From Armatimonadota bacterium (GTDB lineage: Bacteria > Armatimonadota > Fimbriimonadia > Fimbriimonadales > Fimbriimonadaceae): a DNA stretch of 64,000 bases. The position numbers and the translations under genes are program-made. Positions 59,215 to 64,000 of the stretch are shown here, one piece after another (the first letter of the stretch is position 1; every line of letters begins with the position of its first letter). Where the stretch lies: positions 1 to 64,000 of the forward strand of contig JANNQV010000061.1 of NCBI GenBank assembly GCA_031400935.1, written 5' to 3'. The notes under the pieces were generated by a model. The model saw only the letters and a program-made list of their open reading frames with translations. It was not told where the DNA came from and ran no database searches.

Positions 59215-60229
59215 CCGCTAGCGGGCGAGGATTCAGACTATTGCCCGAGTTCGTCATAAACACAACCACCACTTTGGTTTTGGAATCTATATATAAGAGC
59301 GAACGGCAGCCCTGCTGTGCTCCACCATGCTCTACCACGCCATTGTCGCCGACTCTAAATCCGAGGCCATAGTCTGATTGGTTCCCATTCGTCAGCTTTG
59401 TTTTCGACCACATGAGATCGCGGGTTTGCGATTTGAAAAAGGAGTCTTTTAGAAGACCGGTGCCAAATTTGCCAAGAGTCACAACATCGGCTTCCATTCC
59501 GCCTCCAGCAAATTTCCAACTATTGTCTTCTCTCCTTCCGGCATCAACTTGCTGCCCGTTGATGTTCGTATAGAGGCTTGATTGATTTGTGTCTTTCGAT
59601 TTTGGGAGTTCGCATCGTAACGTTCCTTGTATTTTCCGAAACAAGTTTTGGCGCATGAGGATCGGGAATGACTTGCCCTCAATTTTCTCTAGAGCCGCCG
59701 CTAGAACGGTAAAAGCATGTGTGCTGTAACTGTATTTTGAACCTGGCTCGAAGAGTAGTGAGGAAGAACCGAAAAGCGATAGAGCATCTTTCGACCAATC
59801 AAAGTGTGCAAAAACGTCCCGATCCGTAGCGTCATAATGCCGAATTCCAGACGTGTGGCTCAGAATCTGGCGAGCAGTCACGACCCAACGCTTTTCAGGA
59901 AACTCCGGAACGTACTTTCGAATGTCGCAATCTAGATCAAGCTTCTTACGTTCCCAAAGCTGCATTGCTGCCGTTGCAGTTATCGGCTTGCTGATCGAAC
60001 CTAATCTGTAAACAGTCCTTTCTGTTGCATTAATTTGCTTTGCTCGATCTTGCCATCCGAATCCTTTTGCATAAACTAACTTTCCATCAAAGTGAACAGA
60101 AACTGAAGCTCCTACGGTCTGAAGTTGCGATGGTAAGGCATTTAGAATGGACTCTGTCTGGGAATATGGAGTCGCGATTTGACTTTGATTGTGGGCGAGG
60201 ATCTCTGGAAGAATTGCTGCTAAAAGCAT
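59171..60229 (-). CDS. Serine hydrolase, beta-lactamase/AmpC family
   Basis: SISK (SxxK), LSHTSGI, YSYS and HGG motifs. Confidence 0.92.
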   Translation of the reverse strand: MLLAAILPEILAHNQSQIATPYSQTESILNALPSQLQTVGASVSVHFDGKLVYAKGFGWQDRAKQINATERTVYRLGSISKPITATAAMQLWERKKLDLDCDIRKYVPEFPEKRWVVTARQILSHTSGIRHYDATDRDVFAHFDWSKDALSLFGSSSLLFEPGSKYSYSTHAFTVLAAALEKIEGKSFPILMRQNLFRKIQGTLRCELPKSKDTNQSSLYTNINGQQVDAGRREDNSWKFAGGGMEADVVTLGKFGTGLLKDSFFKSQTRDLMWSKTKLTNGNQSDYGLGFRVGDNGVVEHGGAQQGCRSLLYIDSKTKVVVVFMTNSGNSLNPRPLAVKLASLWARKQNLD

Positions 60230-60253
60230 GACGAAAGGTTACCAACATAGATC

Positions 60254-60330
60254 TGGTAGCGACGGGCAGACTCGAACTGCCGACCTAACGGGTATGAACC
60301 GTTTGCTCTAACCAACTGAGCTACGTCGCC
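60254..60330 (-). tRNA. tRNA-Met (anticodon CAU, elongator type)
   Basis: Reverse complement GGCGACGTAGCTCAG...AACGG-TTCATAC-CCGTT...GTTCGAG...CGTCGCT-ACCA. Position 1 can pair with 72 and there is no GGG/CCC anticodon stem, so it is not an initiator. Confidence 0.93.
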
Positions 60331-60383
60331 GAACCTAGTTATTATAGGCGCAATGATGTGCTTCGCGCAATGGAAGCCTTGGC

Positions 60384-62342
60384 CTAAAGGTTAACCTGTA
60401 TCATCTCAAAGGCTTCAACAATGTCGCCTTCTTTGAAGGCTTCCCAGCCGTCGAAGGTAATTCCGCACTCTTGGCCGAGGCTCATCTCCCGAACGTCGTC
60501 CTTAAAGTGCTTCAATGAGCTGATTTTTCCTTCAAACACTTGCTCAGTCCCGCGTTTGACTCTGCACAATGCTCCTCTGGTTACCTTGCCTTCTTGAACG
60601 TAGCAACCTGCAATAAGCCCTTTGCGACCAAACGAGAATCGAACTCTGACTTCGACAGTTCCAAGATATTGCTCTTCGAACTTAGGTTCGAGCATTCCCT
60701 TGACGGCTTTCTCAATGTCCTCGATGAGTTCATAGATGATCTTGTAAGTTCGAATTTCAACTTTGGTTCGTTCGGCTTCGTTCTTAGCTCCAGTTTCAGG
60801 TTTGGTGTTAAACCCTATACAAATTGCATCGGCGGCTGAGGCTAAAAGAACGTCGGACTCAGTAATGCTTCCAACGCCCGAGTGAATGATTTTGACCGCA
60901 ACTTCTTCGTTTTCGATCTTTTCGAGCATTCCTCGCACTGCTTCTACGGAACCTTGGACGTCTGCTTTGACAACGAGATTCAGATCCTTTATGCCGCTGC
61001 CTTCGATTCTCGACTTCAGGTCTTTCAAAGTTAGACCTCGGGAAGGAGCAGCAAGTGAGCCGACTCTAAAGTCTTCCGCACGAGCTTCGGCTACTTGCCG
61101 TGCGGCACGTTCGTCTTCCACAACTTCAACAACGTCGCCAGCATGAGGCACTTCATTCAATCCAAGAATCTCGACTGGGCAACTTGGGCCAGCTTCGTTT
61201 TGCCGATCGCCCAAATAGTTCGACATTGCCTTGATCTTGCCAAATGTTCGGCCCACAACGACAGCATCGCCTGCCTTGAGCGTCCCTTCCTCAACCAGTA
61301 TCGTAGCAACTGGGCCTCGGCCTCTTTCGAGTTTGGCTTCAATCACAATTCCCTGAACCTTTCCGCGTGGATCAGCCTTTAGGTCAAGAACTTCGGCTTG
61401 TAGCAGAATCATTTCGAGAAGCTGCGGAACGCCTTCTCCGGTAAGAGCTGACACCTTGCAAGTAATGGTTTGACCGCCGAACGCTTCCGCAATTACGTTG
61501 TGCTCGGTTAGCTGCGTCAAAACCTTCTCTGGTTGCGCGTTGTCCCTGTCAATTTTGTTAACTGCCACGATCATCGGGACATCTGCGTTTTTTATGTGCG
61601 CGATCGCCTCAATGGTTTGAGGCATGATTCCATCATCTGCTGCAACGACTAAAATTGCGATGTCCGTTACCTGTGCTCCTCGCGCTCTCATTGCGGTAAA
61701 TGCGGCGTGGCCGGGAGTGTCTAAAAACGTGATGATGCCTTCTGGTAATTCAACTTGATAGGCACCGATGTGCTGAGTAATTCCGCCATGCTCTTTTGCA
61801 GCGACGTTCGCTTTTCGGATGTAATCAAGTAGGGAAGTCTTGCCATGGTCTACATGACCCATGATCGTAACAACTGGCGATCTTGGCTGGGCACCTGCAC
61901 TTGCCGACTTTCGTGCCTGATTCGCCGCTGATGTCTTCACAACCGGTTTTGGCTTCGGAGCATCTGCCCATTGAACTTTGCTTCCCAATAATTCGCAAAC
62001 TTGCTCGACGATTTCTGGTTTCAAAACTGTTGTCAGTTGCGCCATGACCTTGAGTTTTAGCATCAAGGTCTTTTGAACTTCTGGCTGTGGAACTCCAAGA
62101 GCCGAAGCGACATCTCGAGGCGTTCGATTTGGCGTTAAAACTATTGGAGAGTCTTTAGGAAATGTTGAGCAGGACTCTCGAATCAGTTCAAGTTCCTCAG
62201 TTTCAGCTTGAATAGTTGTACCATCGTGCTCGACGCCAAGCTCGTTCAACACACCAAAAATCTGGCCTGGTTTGAGCTCAAATTCGGTAGCTAGTTCTGC
62301 GATGGTCGCACTCATGTCTTCTGCTTTTACCTTAGTTTGCAT
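60384..62342 (-). CDS. infB: Translation initiation factor IF-2
   Basis: [26 protein letters not shown] and KADVQGS. Confidence 0.98.
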   Translation of the reverse strand: MQTKVKAEDMSATIAELATEFELKPGQIFGVLNELGVEHDGTTIQAETEELELIRESCSTFPKDSPIVLTPNRTPRDVASALGVPQPEVQKTLMLKLKVMAQLTTVLKPEIVEQVCELLGSKVQWADAPKPKPVVKTSAANQARKSASAGAQPRSPVVTIMGHVDHGKTSLLDYIRKANVAAKEHGGITQHIGAYQVELPEGIITFLDTPGHAAFTAMRARGAQVTDIAILVVAADDGIMPQTIEAIAHIKNADVPMIVAVNKIDRDNAQPEKVLTQLTEHNVIAEAFGGQTITCKVSALTGEGVPQLLEMILLQAEVLDLKADPRGKVQGIVIEAKLERGRGPVATILVEEGTLKAGDAVVVGRTFGKIKAMSNYLGDRQNEAGPSCPVEILGLNEVPHAGDVVEVVEDERAARQVAEARAEDFRVGSLAAPSRGLTLKDLKSRIEGSGIKDLNLVVKADVQGSVEAVRGMLEKIENEEVAVKIIHSGVGSITESDVLLASAADAICIGFNTKPETGAKNEAERTKVEIRTYKIIYELIEDIEKAVKGMLEPKFEEQYLGTVEVRVRFSFGRKGLIAGCYVQEGKVTRGALCRVKRGTEQVFEGKISSLKHFKDDVREMSLGQECGITFDGWEAFKEGDIVEAFEMIQVNL

Positions 62343-62647
62343 AAAATCTCTTCGCGAAGTGTGTCCTTCAAATCTTGTTTCAAGGTTGTTTTCAATGCTC
62401 TGTCGAGCGAATTCCTTGCCCCAATTTGCTCAATGCAGGTCTTGCTGTTGCAGACGTATGCTGTTCGCCCATGAGTTGGAGTTCGAGCGATCACAATTAG
62501 TTCTGCATCCCTTCCAAATCCGAATCGAATCAGATTATCGTTCGGAGATTTCGTCCGACATACGATACATGTTCGAATTGGTTTAGAACGAACTTTAGCT
62601 AGCCCTCCCAGTTTCAGCCTTGCCTTCTCCTGCGGCCTGTGCTTCAC
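62327..62647 (-). CDS. ylxR: YlxR (DUF448) family protein; start uncertain
   Basis: PIRTCIVCR, LIR, GRTAYVC...C and L.RALK; lies between nusA and infB. Confidence 0.85.
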   Translation of the reverse strand: MKHRPQEKARLKLGGLAKVRSKPIRTCIVCRTKSPNDNLIRFGFGRDAELIVIARTPTHGRTAYVCNSKTCIEQIGARNSLDRALKTTLKQDLKDTLREEILCKLR

Positions 62648-63653
62648 TTCGTATATCTATTTTCCACTCTGTCAATCGGGCAGCAAGTCGGACGTTTTGA
62701 CCACCTTTTCCAATGGCCAGTGAAAGCTGGTTGTCGGGCACTACTACGTATGCACTGTGCTCTTCTTCATTCAGAATGATCGAATTCACTTTTGCAGGGC
62801 TCAAGGCGTTGGTAATATAGGTTTTTGCATCCTCGCTAAAGGGCACGATGTCAATTTTCTCATCGTATAGTTCATCAACTATTGTCTGAACTCGTGCGCC
62901 GCGGGGTCCAACACAAGCTCCAACAGCATCAACTCGTTCGTCAGTGCTGATTACAGCGATTTTGCTTCTCTGGCCAGGTTCACGAGCGACGCTGTGCATC
63001 ACTACCGTGCCATCGGCAATTTCGGGCACTTCAAGTTCGAACAGCCTGCGAAGCAGGTTCGGATGGGTTCTGCTGACCAATACGGACAGCCTCTTCCGGC
63101 TATCGTCTACCCGCAGCACGTACACCTTTATCTGGTCGTTCATCCGATAAGGGTCGGTTGGAACCATTTCACGCCTTGGTAATTCGGCTTCGACTTTGTT
63201 AACTTGAATATAAACAGCGTGGTCGTCACGCCTTGTAACCCTTCCAGAAACGATGTCCCCGATTTTCTCATGAAATACATCGTTGACTTGGCGAATTTCA
63301 GCTTCACGGAGTTTCTGAGTAAGTACTTGCTTGAAGGTTTGCGCCGCAATTCGCCCGAATCGGTCTGGGTCAACCTTGACAGCGATAAAGTCGCCAACTT
63401 CAGCATCGGGCTCTCGCTTTCGAGCTTCGGTAAGGGCCATTTGGAAGTTGTGATCGGTAACTACGCCAACGATCTCTTTTTCAATTGAGCATGACCAGCC
63501 TTCTTTTGGGTCAATCGTTACGCTAACTTCACCGTTTGCTCCGACATACTTCTTGTAAGCAGCGGCAAGCGCCTCCTCAATTTCTGTGAGAAGGTCTTCC
63601 ACTGGAAGGTCTCGCTCTTGAGCGATTTGCTGAAGCTGCGTCAAGATGTCCAT
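62595..63653 (-). CDS. nusA: Transcription termination/antitermination factor NusA
   Basis: FGRIAAQTFKQ, S1 domain, LEVPEI, AREPG.RSK and LSLAIGKGGQNVRLA. Confidence 0.98.
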   Translation of the reverse strand: MDILTQLQQIAQERDLPVEDLLTEIEEALAAAYKKYVGANGEVSVTIDPKEGWSCSIEKEIVGVVTDHNFQMALTEARKREPDAEVGDFIAVKVDPDRFGRIAAQTFKQVLTQKLREAEIRQVNDVFHEKIGDIVSGRVTRRDDHAVYIQVNKVEAELPRREMVPTDPYRMNDQIKVYVLRVDDSRKRLSVLVSRTHPNLLRRLFELEVPEIADGTVVMHSVAREPGQRSKIAVISTDERVDAVGACVGPRGARVQTIVDELYDEKIDIVPFSEDAKTYITNALSPAKVNSIILNEEEHSAYVVVPDNQLSLAIGKGGQNVRLAARLTEWKIDIRSEAQAAGEGKAETGRAS

Positions 63654-63711
63654 AGCCTATTCTCCGAACGCCACCTTCACCGGAATTGTTCCAAACGTTC
63701 ATTTTAGAAAC

Positions 63712-63738
63712 AAAAAAGACGGCACTTGGCCGCCTTTC
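63712..63738 (-). terminator. Leader attenuator-like hairpin upstream of nusA
   Basis: Minus strand GAAAGGCGGC-CAAGT-GCCGTC-TTTTTT, about 60 nt before the nusA ATG. Confidence 0.65.
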
Positions 63739-63793
63739 GGCTTAGCTCGATTCGATTACCCAGAGTATAGCATGGAACGGGCAACTTTGGCAA

Positions 63794-63896
63794 GCAGTTA
63801 GCAGTAAGCAGTTTGGGGAGAGCAGTAGTTGGATGTTGTTGTCAACGGCCAACTGCTAACCGCTAACCGCTGACTGCATACCGCTAACTGCCAACC
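63794..63896. repeat. Mirror-image heptamer arrays (GCAGTWW / AACYGCT)
   Basis: GCAGTTA GCAGTAA GCAGTTT .. GCAGTAG, then AACTGCT AACCGCT AACCGCT GACTGCA TACCGCT AACTGCC. Confidence 0.85.
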
Positions 63897-63920
63897 AACC
63901 TCTCCGATATAATATCACAC

Positions 63921-64000
63921 ATGTCCGAACGCTATGAACCGAATTCGTTTGAAGATAAGTGGCGTTCCAGGTGGAGCGAAGCGCAACTTTTCCGGACCCG
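63921..64000 (+). CDS. leuS: Leucine--tRNA ligase, N-terminal fragment (runs off the window)
   Basis: MSERYEPNSFEDKWRSRWSEAQLFRT matches the Y.P..IE.KW...W start of class Ia synthetases; ValS cannot be excluded. Confidence 0.7.
   Translation, partial: MSERYEPNSFEDKWRSRWSEAQLFRT

Noticed and set aside
51717..60330. tRNA genes as prophage or island attachment sites
   Set aside because: No integrase and no duplicated tRNA 3' end was seen; flanking genes are housekeeping or ordinary.

Overview
Gene-dense bacterial chromosome segment. PEP-CTERM proteins, an H-X9-DG domain, DUF4139 paralogues and overall gene style suggest Armatimonadota (Fimbriimonadaceae-like), which is an inference. It carries housekeeping genes (xth, prmA-dnaJ-rpoZ, mfd, folB, mreB-murA, groES/groEL, prpD, hppD, folC, hppA, birA, mutY, infB-ylxR-nusA, start of leuS), tRNA-Pro(UGG), tRNA-Met(CAU) and many secreted or uncharacterised proteins. 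No CRISPR array, integrase or IS transposase was seen. The top finding is that ORFs 39250-39480 and 39496-40188 are one reading frame broken by a single UGA. That UGA sits at the redox position of a thioredoxin/SelN-like fold and is followed by a bacterial-SECIS-like hairpin, so this is a candidate unannotated secreted selenoprotein. Other notable signals: a palindromic repeat family translated in frame inside two enzymes; REP-like doublets bracketing an orphan gene; a -10 hexamer 5-7 nt before many start codons (leaderless genes); mirror-image heptamer arrays; a methyltransferase between groES and groEL; a ~280-aa insertion in the membrane pyrophosphatase. All family calls come from motif recognition by eye, not from database searches.
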